A stretch of 64,000 nt of DNA, taken from NCBI RefSeq assembly GCF_963921235.1, contig NC_086126.1:18290001-18354000 (forward strand). The letters run 5' to 3'. The stretch comes from Mobula hypostoma. Lineage: Eukaryota. The position numbers and the translations under genes are program-made. Below the pieces are notes generated by a model. The model had not been told where the DNA came from. It was given only the letters and a program-made list of their open reading frames with translations, and made no database searches. This document shows positions 37,730-50,927 of the stretch, piece after piece; the stretch's first letter is position 1; every line of letters begins with the position of its first letter.

Positions 37730-38800
37730 CCTTTGGTAAGGAAATTATTCCTGATATTTGTTCTAACAGGATGTCCTGTGTTCTGAGGCTCTGCTCTGTG
37801 ATCCCAGACTGCCCCGCTATCGGAAACATCCTCCCCACTCCATTGTAGGTCTTTCAATATTTGATAGGTTTCAATGAAATTCCCTCATTCTTCTAAAGTC
37901 TAGCGAGTACAGGCCCAGAGCCAGCAAACAATCCTCGTGCATTAACCCTTTTATTGCCAGGATCATTCTTGTGAACCTCCTCTGGACCCTCTCCTATGCG
38001 AGCACGTACCTTTTTAGATAAGGGGCCCAAAACAGTTCACAATACTGCAAGTGTGATCGGAGCAATGCCTTATAAAGTCTGACCATTACATCCTTGCTTT
38101 TGTGTTGTACTCCTCTCGAAATGAATGCTGACGTTGCATTTTGCTTCCTTAAAACCAACTCAACCGGCAAGTTTATCTTTAGGAAATCCTACACATCTGA
38201 GATGTGCCTGACCGCAGTACCCAGGAGGGGACACACCATCGTGTCATCTCTGTTACGGCCACAGAATCTCCTGCACATCCCCTGTACTGTGAGTCTGCTG
38301 TCATCACTGCCCTGCTTGTCCTGTCCTCCCACGGAGCATCGGACCGGGGTGTCAGTACCACCGACCTGACGGGCTGCTGTTCTCTGATTTGTCATCCTTC
38401 CAGGGGTATCCAAAGGCGTGTACTTGTTTCTGAGGGTCACAGCCACAGGGAGACATTGCACTGTCTGTCTCTTCCCCTTTCCAGTCGTGGTCGTGACCAA
38501 ACTATTTGCAGCTTGACTTCAGGTTTGACCAACCCACTGAATCTCTGGTCTCAGCATCCTGCAATCTCTAGGTCTGTCCATCTCCAGCTCCATTTCCTTC
38601 ACACGGTCAGTCAGGGGCATTACCTCTTTCATAACTCTGGGGTGCAGTTCATCTGGTCCGGGTGACCTCTGAACCCTCAGGTCTTTGAGCTTTTTGAGCA
38701 CCTTTTCCCTTGTAATAATAACTGCACTCTCTTCTCTTCCCTCACACCCTTCAGCATCTGGCACACTGCTAGTACCTTCCAGTGATGCAAAATACTCATT
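37730..38800 (-). mobile_element. Degenerate CR1 ORF1/ORF2 fragments
   Basis: TLRNKYTPL, SPGPDELHPRVMKE motifs and 3' RT region. Confidence 0.65.
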
Positions 38801-39059
38801 GTGCCTGAGGGCGCTCGCACTGGTCGTGGGGCCGGTGGGATAGATGAGGTCCTCGGCGATTTGCGGAATGGAAAAGCACTTCCTATAATTTAAAGCAGGA
38901 GAATCGGCAAATTCCCAGAAATCCTCCAGTATGTACGTGGTGCGTGAGGGAGTTTTGTTTTCGCTGGAGCGCTTTGTGTCGGATGAATCGTTGGAAATTG
39001 GCGGTTGTGGTAAAGTGAAGGCGGAGCTGGACGATGAGAGGCCGCTCTCGGCTCTGTCC

Positions 39060-39145
39060 GTCACTCTGACTCTGTCTCCTCCCCTTCCCGCCTCTGTCCC
39101 TCTGCGCGTTTCTCGGGCAGGTCGGGGCGCTGTGTATAAAAGGAG
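39060..39145 (+). promoter_or_regulatory. H4 promoter with TATA box
   Basis: GTATAAAAG ~39134-39142 preceded by GGTCGGGGCG, CpG-rich. Confidence 0.7.
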
Positions 39146-39186
39146 ACAGCAGCAGGCAGTTTGTCAGTGAGCAGCGACCTGAGTGA

Positions 39187-39507
<321 letters not shown>

Positions 39508-39540
39508 AAAACTCCCACCTCCTCCCGAGCGCAAAACAAA

Positions 39541-39556
39541 GGCTCTTCTAAGAGCC
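39541..39556 (+). terminator. Histone 3' stem-loop (H4)
   Basis: GGCTCTTCTAAGAGCC flanked by AAA and ACCC. Confidence 0.92.
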
Positions 39557-39924
39557 ACCCACCGCCTCACAGACGGAGCCGTATCCACAGACTTTTAGAT
39601 TTTTTTTATTTTATACTCAGCTGAGTTGCATTTTAAACAGATTGATTGGTGCCGCTTGAAACATACTGCAATTCTGCCTTTCCAGTCGGTGATTACCACA
39701 AAACCTGCATTACGATCGATCTTAATCCTCTATCAGTTTCCAACAGAAATCAGTTCACTCGTTCAGAGAACGATTCCGTGGTTGTGCATTTAAATCTTAA
39801 CTGAGGAAATTAGATATTAAATGAAACTGAAATTGTATAATCCGTCATACAATTAATTGTAAATAAAATGTAATCAAGCACCGTTGCTGGGTGCTCTGAA
39901 ATTGGCGGGCGATTTTAAATAATT

Positions 39925-40573
<649 letters not shown>

Positions 40574-40602
40574 ACCCGGCCTCCACAACAAACACAAGAA
40601 AA

Positions 40603-40618
40603 GGCTCTTTTAAGAGCC
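40603..40618 (+). terminator. Histone 3' stem-loop (H3)
   Basis: GGCTCTTTTAAGAGCC. Confidence 0.93.
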
Positions 40619-41423
40619 ACTACCACAGCAAAGGAAAAGGTTGTCGCTTGCTGATCATCGTATTATTGTAGTGGCGATCTGCCCTCCAGATGGGGTTGTT
40701 CGGTTTTACACTGACTGACCGCGATCATTAGCTGTTCTGTGCCGACAGGTTAATTCAGCGAGGGACAGGAGATGAACGCGCTCCCTCCCCGTCAGGGTCT
40801 CACCTGGCCCTTCACTTCTCCCACAAACCTGCCATGAACAGCTGCTGCGGTTGTTCCGTTTTGTTTACTTTGGACATGTCCGGCTGTCCTTGGAGTGGGA
40901 GCATGCGGTCGCGATGGGTACAGTGGGGGATTTCCGAGAGCGGTAATTGTATATTTTTGATTTTATTCTTGTAAATGTTGTGTAAATAAACTTTTGTAAC
41001 TGGTACCTGATTGAAGGTCACTCGGCAAAGTCGCCGGGTAGTTTATCATACGTCATCCATCCCCAGAGACAGATCTCTCTCTCAAGACGCCCCCTCCCCT
41101 CTCACATAAGTTTCAGCAGTTCCCAATCAACTCAGCTGAATCGGGCTTTGGGATGCGAGGCGCGGAATCTCCGCTGAACCCAGTCACGCTCTCCTGGAGC
41201 AGGAGAAGGAACTGGGCCTGCAGACCACCCCACTGGTCTCACTCTCTCACACAGCCCGAGTGAAACGCAGTGTTTCACTTCAAATCTGGGACGCCACGGC
41301 CGCACTGAATGTCAGAGGTACCGGGAATATCGGGTTTTATTCGAGAAGTTCCCCCGGAAAACTCACTCGGACCCGGCGCGGGAATCACAATATTCATGAT
41401 CAGCTCTTTTCTGAGATGTGGGT

Positions 41424-41439
41424 GGCTCTGAGAAGAGCC
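41424..41439 (-). terminator. Histone 3' stem-loop (H1)
   Basis: Minus strand GGCTCTTCTCAGAGCC followed by ACCCA. Confidence 0.92.
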
Positions 41440-41476
41440 CTTGGGTTCAAACACTTAACAAACGGTATATCTCAAT

Positions 41477-42022
41477 TCACTTTTTGACTGCTGTCTTCTT
41501 GGCCGCCTTCTTCTTCAGGGCTGCGAGTTTCTTGGGGCTCTTTGGCTTCGACGCCGCTGGTTTCTTCGCTGCCGCTTTCTTCGCCGCTGTTTTTTTAGCT
41601 GCCGCTTTCTTAGCCGCTGGTTTCTTGGCGCCAGACTTCTTGCCCGGAGATTTCTTTGCCGATGGCTTGTTCGCTTTCTTCATCACTTTCACGTCACTTT
41701 TTCCTTGACCGGATTTAAAGGATCCCGAAAGACCCGCGCCCTTGGTCTGAACCAAGGAGCCGCTTTCCACTCTCTTCCTGATGCACATCCTGATCTGGGC
41801 GCGACGTTTCCCCACATCGACACCGCTGCTGATCAGAGCCTTCATGATGGCCACAGCGGACATACCCTTCCTATCGCGACAATCCGCCACAATCTTATCG
41901 ATTTGTTCGCCCAGCTTGGGACCGGCTGGTTTGCTCCGGCCGGCCGCCTTCTTCTTGGGACTCTTCTTTGCGGCGGCGGGTGCGGCTGCAGGAGCCGTTT
42001 CGCCGGGTGCTGTCTCGGTCAT
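41477..42022 (-). CDS. H1: Linker histone H1, divergent globular domain
   Basis: MTETAP N-terminus; winged-helix ending LVQTKGAGLSGSFK; K/A/P-rich tail with SPKK; H1-box AAACACA at 42163-42169. Confidence 0.93.
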   Translation of the reverse strand: MTETAPGETAPAAAPAAAKKSPKKKAAGRSKPAGPKLGEQIDKIVADCRDRKGMSAVAIMKALISSGVDVGKRRAQIRMCIRKRVESGSLVQTKGAGLSGSFKSGQGKSDVKVMKKANKPSAKKSPGKKSGAKKPAAKKAAAKKTAAKKAAAKKPAASKPKSPKKLAALKKKAAKKTAVKK

Positions 42023-42409
42023 GTCGGCGACTCTGGAAAATCCTTCTCACAATCAGACTGAATGAGAAATGAAGCGAAAGGCGGCGATACAGAGCAATTT
42101 AAAGGCAGCGAGCGGACGGGGCGGAGACATCCTGCTGTCAGCTCCCGGAGATTTCATTTTTCTGTGTTTCTCTCTCCTCAAAAACTCTCCGATTCCAATT
42201 AAAATCGGACACTCCGGAGACTCAGACTGGTCCTTGTCTGTCACTGAGGCCGGAAAGTTCGCTGGAAAGAGAGTTCAATCGGGATTAAAGGCAGCACTTT
42301 CTATTTTAACCCGTTTCATTACTGCACTGCCCGCGATCTCTCTCCATATTGTCGACCTGTTCTCTGCTTTCCGATACGTCTGCTGCGCAATATCTGAGCC
42401 TATTGGGAG

Positions 42410-45400
42410 GCCGGCAGTATAATCCCATCAAAATCATCATTCATCATTTTATTTTAAACCTCTACTTACAAGACCTCATCAAAACCCTTCTTATTCCTGC
42501 AGTGTTGGTCTCCTTAATCAAAGATGCAACATCCCCCACCCATAAGGTAGCCTTTAAATGTTTCCCCTTCACCTTAAACAATTGCCCTGTAAATTTAGGC
42601 TTCCCTACCCTGCAAAAAGAGTGCTCGCCTACTGATTTTGTAAACCTCTGGATGGTCACCAGACAGGTCCTTACTCTCTCAGTAGAGAGAAAGAGAGTCC
42701 CAGTCTGTCCAAGCTTCTGCTGATAATTAAAGTCCTCCAGTGTCTGTAACCTCCTCATCAAACTTCCCTCCACACTTGCCAGCTTCATGACATTCTTCCT
42801 GCAAATGGATGACCGGAACTGTGCAAAATACAGTCTGGTCTCACTTTGACTTTTACAGCTGTCATATGGCACCCCAAATTCTCTACTCAGTTCCCTGATC
42901 AATGAAGGCAAATAGGCCAAGCATCACCTTCACCATTCTGACTACCTGTGTTGTCACTTTCAGTGAATGATGTTTCTGTATTTCATGGACCCTCTGTTCT
43001 GTAATACTCTCCAAGGGACAAGAATTTACTGTGCAGGTCCTTCCCTGGGTGAACTTCTCATAATGTAACACCTCACACTTGTCCACGTCAATATCCTTCT
43101 GCCATTCTTTGGCAGACTTCCCCAGTTCACCTCGATCCTATTGTATGCTCACACCATCTTCACAGTCCACCCTACCACCAACATTGCTGTCATCTGCAAA
43201 CTCACTGTCACTACAATGTCAGAGAAATTGTTAACGTCGATGACAAATGACAGTACCAGCACCGATCCCTGTGGATGTCACTGGTCAGAGGCCTCCAAAC
43301 TGAATAACAAGCTGCCACGACCACCCTCTGTCTCCTTCCATCAAGACAAGTATCTTGTCTGGCATCCCCTCTGTTCTAAATGTGTAATACAAAAGAAATA
43401 AAGATTAAATCAAAATATATCTACCTACGGCCAACATCTCTCAGAAGAGATGAAACCTCAACTCCCCACTCCAATCCTGGCCCACTCATACAATGACTGC
43501 TCTGGTTAAGTCTAACTTCTTTTTATTGGATCTTGCCACGTTCCGAATTATGGGCAATCGAACGTTTCTTTGGGAACTGTGACATGTAAAATGTGCCAAC
43601 TGCTCATGTTCTCTTCATTCAAATTCCCTCTCCCTTTACATAATCTGATGACTGTGTGGGACTGTGGCACTCAAAACTATGGACTGTAGGAAACCAAAGT
43701 ACACGCCTGCACTGTTCTACAAGGCCACAAATGATAAAAAAAAAACACTGTATAACAAACACTGGAATTCCCTAACTGAGATGAATGGGGAGGCTGGATA
43801 ACTGAAAAGATTCAAAGAGAAGGAAGATAAATGTTTTGTAAAATCAGGGAAGTGGGATTGACATACAAGGAAGGCTGATGGCAGATCAGCCTTTATATGG
43901 AATTGTGGGTGAGGGACTAAGAGAGGACACACTGGAGGTTTCATCCAGTGAGTCAATGTGGATAGAGCTCGGGATAAGAGAGGTGCATTCCCTGATGGGG
44001 TTATATCACAGGCCTCCCAAATGCCAGCAGGAGATAAAGGAACAGAAATGTAGCAGGTAATGAAAGATGTAAAAGCAACAGGGTAGTTGCAGTGGGTGAC
44101 TAATTTCCCCAATGTTGACTGGGACTCCCTCAGAGTCAGGGGCTTAGATATCACCGAATATTTTAGAAGAAGACTGGGATGTTACTTAACATAGAAGTGG
44201 ATAGTCTAACCTGGGAAGGGGGTCATAGGAAACATTGTATTGGGAAATGAGCCTGGCCATTGATAGAAGTTTCATTTTGGGAACAGTGAATAAGGAGAAG
44301 ACTGGACCAGGTGATAATGTGGTCATTTGGGGTACGGTTAATTGCAACTGTCTACATTGAACATGTAAATGATGTTTAAAAGCAATCGGGTCAGAATTCA
44401 GACAGAACTGTTTCTATGAGGAGGAAACACAAGGATGGTAAAGTCTGGCAGAGGAGCATAGTGGGAGATGTTATGAATTCAGACGGAAATAAAATGAAGG
44501 ATAAGGAATACTTCAGAAGTAGAAATTGGAGAAGGCCTCTGGCAACATGAAGCAAGCAAGAGAGAAGTTAGAGAGAGAATCAGAAGTGTGAAACGGGAAG
44601 AAGAAATAACTTTGGTGAGAAGGGGCACTGCGGAGAGGGTACGACAACACAAGCACAGAGGAGAGGGTTTATGTCTGAAGTGTGCGAGGGACTAAACCAG
44701 TTCTTCTCATCAGTATTCATCAATGTGGTCGTGGAGGATAGTGAGATCAGAGAAGGGAATGCTGATATTCCAGGGCATGTTGTTCCTCAGGCAATAGAGA
44801 CAAACAGGAAATTATAGATTGGTGAGACTTGGATCAATGCTCATGAAATTATTCGAGAATATTATTAGAGATAGGATCTCTAATAAAAGTTAGGAGGGTA
44901 AAAGGAGGATATCATGATTCAGAAGGCAAAGTGAGCAAAATCCAAGAGATTCTCTTGGTATATTCATAGGAAAAAGTAAGTTAGACACATAATCTTTCCC
45001 CTTGGAGGTGAACATGGCCATCTGGGTGTGGAGGCAAATGAAATAGGAGAGGCTTTCCATGAATATTTCTGACAGTTATTTCACCATTGCAAAAATTCTT
45101 TAAGGTTATTAAATCTCCAGGGCCTTATCAGGTACATTCTCGTACTTTGTGGGAAGCTGGAGAATACACTGTGGAGGCCAGGGGAGAGATTATTTTGCTC
45201 CATCTCAGCACCAGGTGTGGTTGCACATGATTGGACAGGGTGACTAATGTGGAATTGATAGTTTTGAGGCCAAGACTGTGGATGATATGAAGAGGCAGGC
45301 AGTGTTGAGGAAGCAGGGAGTCTGCAGTAGCACTTGGACAGATTTGGAGAATGGACAAGGAAGCGCCAGATGAAATACAGTGTAAGGAAGTGTGTGGTCA

Positions 45401-47100
45401 TGTACTCTGGTAGGAGGAAAACAGCCTAGGCTCTTTCTAATCAGGGAGAGAACAGAAATCAGTTGTGCAAAGGGTCTTAGTGCACGATTCCTTAAAGGTT
45501 AATGTACACATTGCCTTGGCAGTGAGAAAGGCAAATGTAATATTTGCATGCATTTCAAGAGAACTAGAAAATATAAACAAGGATCTAATGCTGAGGCTTT
45601 GGTCAGACCTTATTTGGAGTATCATGAGCAGGCTTGAGTAACTTTTCGAAGAAAGGATGTGCTGGCATTGCAGAGGCTGGAGTGGAAATTCAAGAGAATG
45701 ATCCCAGGACTGAAAGAGTTAGGATATAATAATCATTTGATGATCTGGGCCTGTAGTCACTGGAGTCTAGAAGAATGAGGGAGAATCTTATAGAAACATA
45801 TTGAATATTGAATGGCCTAGATAGTGTTGATGTGAAAGGATGTTTCCAATAATGGAGGAATCCAGAACCAAACCATACCCTCAATAAAAGATGCCCCTCT
45901 AGAATAGAGATGAGTAATTTCTTTAGTCAGAAGGTGATGAATCAATGGATTTCATTTCCACAGGCAGCCATAAAGGCAGTCAGTAGGTTTATTTAAAGCA
46001 GAGATTAGTAGATTTTTAATTATTATTAAGGGTATCAAAGCTTGTGGGTAGAAGGCAGGAGAATGGGGATGATAGAATGGCAGAACAGACTGAATGGGCC
46101 AAAAGGCCTAATCCTGCTCCTATAACTTCAGGACTGATGGTTTATGCGGTGCCATTGTTCAAAAAGGGTAGTGGAAACTACAGGCCCATCACTCTGTAAC
46201 TTGTTGGAGGAGTTTCTGAAGAACAGGATCCACCAACATTTGGTTTGAATCAAGACAGTCTGCACAGTTTTGTGCAAGGGAAATTATGTCTGGTAATTTC
46301 TTGCAGCCCTTTGAGGGGTTTCACAAGGGCGCGTAGATGAGGTTAGGGCTGTGGATATTGTCTATATGGACATTAGCCAGGCCTTTGACTATAGTCTGGA
46401 AGGTTAGATCTAGAAAATGGAATCTGGGGAGATAGTTGATCGATTCCATAATTGCCTCCGTGACAGGAGGCAGAGGCTGATGGTTGAGGGTTGTGCCTCA
46501 GACTGGAGGTCTCTGTCTAGTGGTGTGCCACTGGGTGGCGGGACCTTTGGTGTTTGTAATTTATATAAATAATGTCCAGGTGAATGTATAGTTCACTGAA
46601 AGTGACATCTCAGCTAGACACGGTGGTGAAGATGGTGTTTGATCTGCTGGCCTTCATCATTCGTGTCACTGAGTACAAGAGTTGAGAAGAAATGTTGCAG
46701 ATACACAAGTCTTTGGTGAGGACTGATTAAAGGAAGCCATGCTGACTTTGGCCTATTTTTTCATGTGTTGCCAAGTACCTGAAAATACATCCTTGACAAT
46801 TGACTCCATCATCTTCCCAACCACTGAGATCGGACCAGCTGGCCTATGATTTGCTTTCTTCTGCCTCCCTCTTGTCGTTAAGAGTGGATGACCTTTGCAA
46901 TTTTCCTGTTCTCTGGAACCACACCAGAAACCAGAGATTATGGAAAGCTAATTACTAAAACTGCCACAATCTCTTCAGCCACATCTTTCAGAGCACTGGT
47001 GTAGACAATCTGGTCCAGGTGAACTATCTACTTTCAGACCTTTAAGTTTCCCAAGGACCATCTCCCTAGTAAAGGCAAAATTACTCATTTCTGCCCCCTG
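42410..47100. mobile_element. Patchwork of old CR1 fragments in both orientations
   Basis: Degenerate APE (ESMWIEL...YHRPP) and RT/3' tail motifs. Confidence 0.7.
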
Positions 47101-47114
47101 ATGTGGACTGGAGC

Positions 47115-47632
47115 AGTGTGTGGTTAGCCCCAAGAGAAAAATGAGTGACTGAACTGTACTCCAAGGGTATTCAGTGACTTGGAAATTTTCTTCCATCCAT
47201 CTCCTGACTTGTGCTTTTCAGTAAGCTTTTTGCAGAGCAGCTTGGAGTGTTCATTTGTCTTCATGGTGTAGTTTTTACCAGGATACTGACTACCAACAGT
47301 AGTGTATTTTTACTATAACCAGTTGAAACACCTTGACTACACACTGTGATCTTCTTTTAATTGATTATATAACTCCTAAAACCAATTGGCTGCACCAGTG
47401 ATGATTTGGTGTGTCATATTAAAGGGGGTGAATATTTACACAGGCAATTATTTTGGGTTTATATCTGTAATTAATTTACAGCACTTTGAGGACATCTGTT
47501 TTCACTTTGACACAAGAGTCTTTTTCTGTTGATCAGTAAAAAAAAACAAATTTAATCTGCTGTGATTCAATATTGTAAAACAATAAAAGATGAAAACTTC
47601 CAAAGGCATGAATACTTTTCATTGGCACTTTA
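47115..47632 (-). mobile_element. Tc1 5' fragment (TIR and transposase N-terminus)
   Basis: Minus strand from ATG ~47264 reads MKTNEHSK...EKHKSGDGWKKISKSLN; Tc1-type terminal repeat. Confidence 0.7.
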
Positions 47633-47924
47633 CATGTAGGGACAGTGATGGTGAAAGGGGGAGGGAAAGGAGACATGGGGAGGAGTGGTCTCAAGATCCT
47701 CAGGTGTTCCTCACGACGGGATAAAGCACAAAAGGGGAAATATCAAAGAGAGATGAGAATGGAACTGTGATTGTCATGAGAGATTTAATCAGAAGCAGAT
47801 TAGGGTAGCACTGCATTGAGTATCTTTGCTCCGTGAGCTGCAACAACCACGATCTGCTGGTGGCAACCCATTCCAATTGAGTTTCCCATTCACATACCGA
47901 CATATCGGTCCCTTACAGCTGTCT

Positions 47925-48200
47925 TAACCGGTGGTGGGGCGGTAATGGGACAAGCTCCCACTTCCTACTAAATGCTGCCATTGGTGTGCACCTGAAATTG
48001 CCTCTGTCAACCAAATACAGCTCCTGACTTTTACATATGGCACAGCTACTCAGCCCAACGGAGCTGTTTCTAGTGACAGGGGAAGGTGCAAATCGGTTTT
48101 CTAGCGTCATATAACCAACTGCTATGGGCAGATGGGGCTTGTCAGCCATACTTGGCAGTTCATCTAGTGGAAAGAAAACCCTGATCTCAAACCTGGACGC
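47925..48200 (+). mobile_element. RTE-clade 5'UTR-like fragment
   Basis: Ends in GGAAAGAAAACCCTGATCTCAAACC, typical of RTE 5'UTRs; recognised from memory. Confidence 0.4.
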
Positions 48201-48424
48201 TGCTGTTCACCCTCAGTCTGTGGTCTGGAGATCTCCCACATTGTGATCACTTCTTCAGGGATCCTTCACCACAAGATCTCTTTAATTCCACCTCATTACA
48301 CAGATTACATCTGAAACGGCCTGCTCATGGGTAAGATACTGCTGTAAGAAACCGTCTCTGACCATTCCACAAATTCCTCTTCCACTGTACCAGTTTGATT
48401 AGTTTAATCAATACAGAGACTGAA

Positions 48425-48925
48425 GCAAACACACAGAAAATGCTGGAGGAACTCAGCAAACCATTGACATTTCGGGCTGAGAAAGAAAGGGACAAAAGCC
48501 AGAATAAGGTGGTGGGGGAGGGGGAGGAGGACAAGTGAGGGGTGGGGAACATGTGGTTTGTGGAGGGATAATGATGTGAGGAGCTGGGTGACAGGCAGAA
48601 AAGGCAAAGAGATGAGGAGAAAGAAATCTAATAGGAGAGAACATTGGACCATGGGATGACATGAAGGAGGTGGAGAACCAGACGGAGTTGATGGGCAGGT
48701 CATGAGGGTGCGTGAGGAGAGGTGAAGGGGTTAAATGGCATCAGAATGGGGGAAAAGAAGTGGGGGTGAGGGAAACAGAGTGTAGTGATATCCAGAATTT
48801 GTAGAAATCAATGTTCATGCCATTAAGATTGGAGGCTGCACAGTCAGAATATGAGGTGTTGTTCGGCTAACCTGTACTTGGCTTCGTCGTAGTAGTAGAG
48901 GAGGCCACGTGCAGACATGTTGGTG
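48425..48925 (-). mobile_element. Degenerate Penelope 3' fragment
   Basis: Homologous to 4750-5280 (pLTR and GIY-YIG C-terminus). Confidence 0.7.
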
Positions 48926-48987
48926 ATGGCTCTCCGCTGGTCAGGGTCGACCATGGATATTGCATCCTAGCTGTGGAAGTCGATATG

Positions 48988-49856
48988 CAAGCCAGGGAAG
49001 TACGATACGTAAAGCAAGTCAGGGACGTACGAACCGTAAAGCAAGTCAGGGACGTACGAAACGTAAAGCAAGTCAGGGACGTACGAAACGTAAAGCAAGT
49101 CAGGGACGTACGAAACGTAAAGCAAGTCAGGGACGTACGAAACGTAAAGCAAGTCAGGGACGTACGAAACGTAAAGCAAGTCCGGGAGGTACGAAACGTA
49201 AAGCAAGTCCGGGAGGTACGAAACGTAAAGCAAGTCAGGGACGTACAAAAGGTAAAGCAAGTCCGGGAGGTACGAACCGTAAAGCAAGTCCGGGAGGTAC
49301 GAACCGTAAAGCAAGCCAGGGACGTACGAACCGTAAAGCAAGCCAGGGACGTACGATACGCAAAGCAAGCCAGGGACGTACGAAACGCAAAGCAAGTCAG
49401 GGACGTACGAACCGTAAAGCAAGTCAGGGACGTACGAACCGTAAAGCAAGTCAGGGACGTACGATACGTAAGGCAAGTCAGGGACGTACGATACGTAAGG
49501 CAAGTCAGGGACGTACGATACGTAAGGCAAGTCAGGGACGTACGAACCGTAAAGCAAGCCAGGGACGTACGAACCGTAAGGCAAGCCAGGGACGTACGAA
49601 CCGTAAGGCAAGTCAGGGACGTACGAACCGTAAGGCAAGTCAGGGACGTACGAACCGTAAGGCAAGCCAGGGACGTACGAACCGTAAGGCAAGCCAGGGA
49701 CGTACGAACCGTAAGGCAAGCCAGGGACGTACGAACCGTAAGGCAAGCCAGGGACGTACGAACCGTAAGGCAAGCCAGGGACGTACGAACCGTAAAGCAA
49801 GCCAGGGACGTACGAACCGTAAAGCAAGTCAGGGACGTACGAACCGTAAAGCAAGC
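48988..49856. repeat. Minisatellite: 32 x 27-bp units (CAAGYCAGGGACGTACGAACCGTAARG) with no indels
   Basis: (49852-48988)/27 = 32 units plus terminal CAAGC; three reading frames open across the array. Confidence 0.97.
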
Positions 49857-49937
49857 AGTTGTCCATGCAGGAGCTGATGAAGACCGATGGAGTCAAGCAC
49901 CAGCAGTGTCGCAGCATTGCCAGTCTGCACTGAACAT

Positions 49938-50927
49938 CAGACCAACATGGAATTAGTGTTCACAGTGGAGACACAGCAAACATCCCACAGATATCTGATG
50001 GAGACATTTCAATATTGTGCCATAATGTGTAACAACCGCCGTCTCCAGGGAGAAACTAATGGGACTAAAAGCAAACATTACCAGGTCCCAACGACCTGCA
50101 CTAAAGTCTGGAGAGAAAGTGGAGACATTGAAGTCTGTCAAAACTCACTGTTACAGAAAGGTCCCCGTGGAGATGAAAACCATTGTTGAAGGAGGGTGGA
50201 AGATGAAAAGCAGGTAACTGTCGCCCAGTTAACTTCATTTCAGGTACTGGAGTCGATAATCTATCAAGAAATAGTAAATCATTTTGAAAAGTTTAATGTC
50301 ATTGAACTAAGTCACCAGGGTTTACAGTCAGATTCACACAGCGCAGAAACAAGACCTTCAGCTCAAATGGTCCACGATGACCAAAGTTCCCATCTGAGCT
50401 CGTGGTCTGTAACCCCCTCAACACCACCAACTGGAAAAGTTGCCCTTCAGGTTCCTAATAAATCTCATCTTAAACCAATGCCCTGCAGTTCTTGATTCCC
50501 CAACACTGGCAAAATGATTGTTATCTTTGACCCAACCCAGGCCCCTTATAATTTTATACACCTCTGCAATATATTACTCATTCTTCAACATTCCAGGGAA
50601 AATTGACCAAAACACTTTCCACAAATCAGTCCTTCAAGATCCAGTGACATCCTCGTAAATCTCCTCTGCTCTCTTTCCAGCTTAATGGTGTCTGTCATAC
50701 AGCAGGGTCACTAAAATAAACACTATTCGCGAAATTTCAAACCGACGTGTTGGACAACTGCAATATCTCATCCCAGCTTCTATATTCGGTGCCCTGACTG
50801 AAACCAGTGTTCCAAAAGCCTCTTCACCACCCTGTCCATCTGGAACCTGGTCTCGGACCCTGTAACCTGGGTTGTTGAATGTTCAGTCATGTTTGACAAA
50901 CATACCAGAGATTTGAGACTTCACAGG
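49938..50927 (+). repeat. ~1-kb direct duplication, copy 1
   Basis: Near-identical to 53189-54185; the ORF track gives duplicate peptides. Confidence 0.92.

Noticed and set aside
48988-49856. CRISPR array
   Set aside because: Units are contiguous with no unique spacers, the context is vertebrate, and there are no cas genes.
48967-49956. Calling the 305/316/327-aa ORFs as CDS
   Set aside because: Open frames follow automatically from a stop-free 27-bp unit, and the track starts are non-ATG; kept as a finding only.
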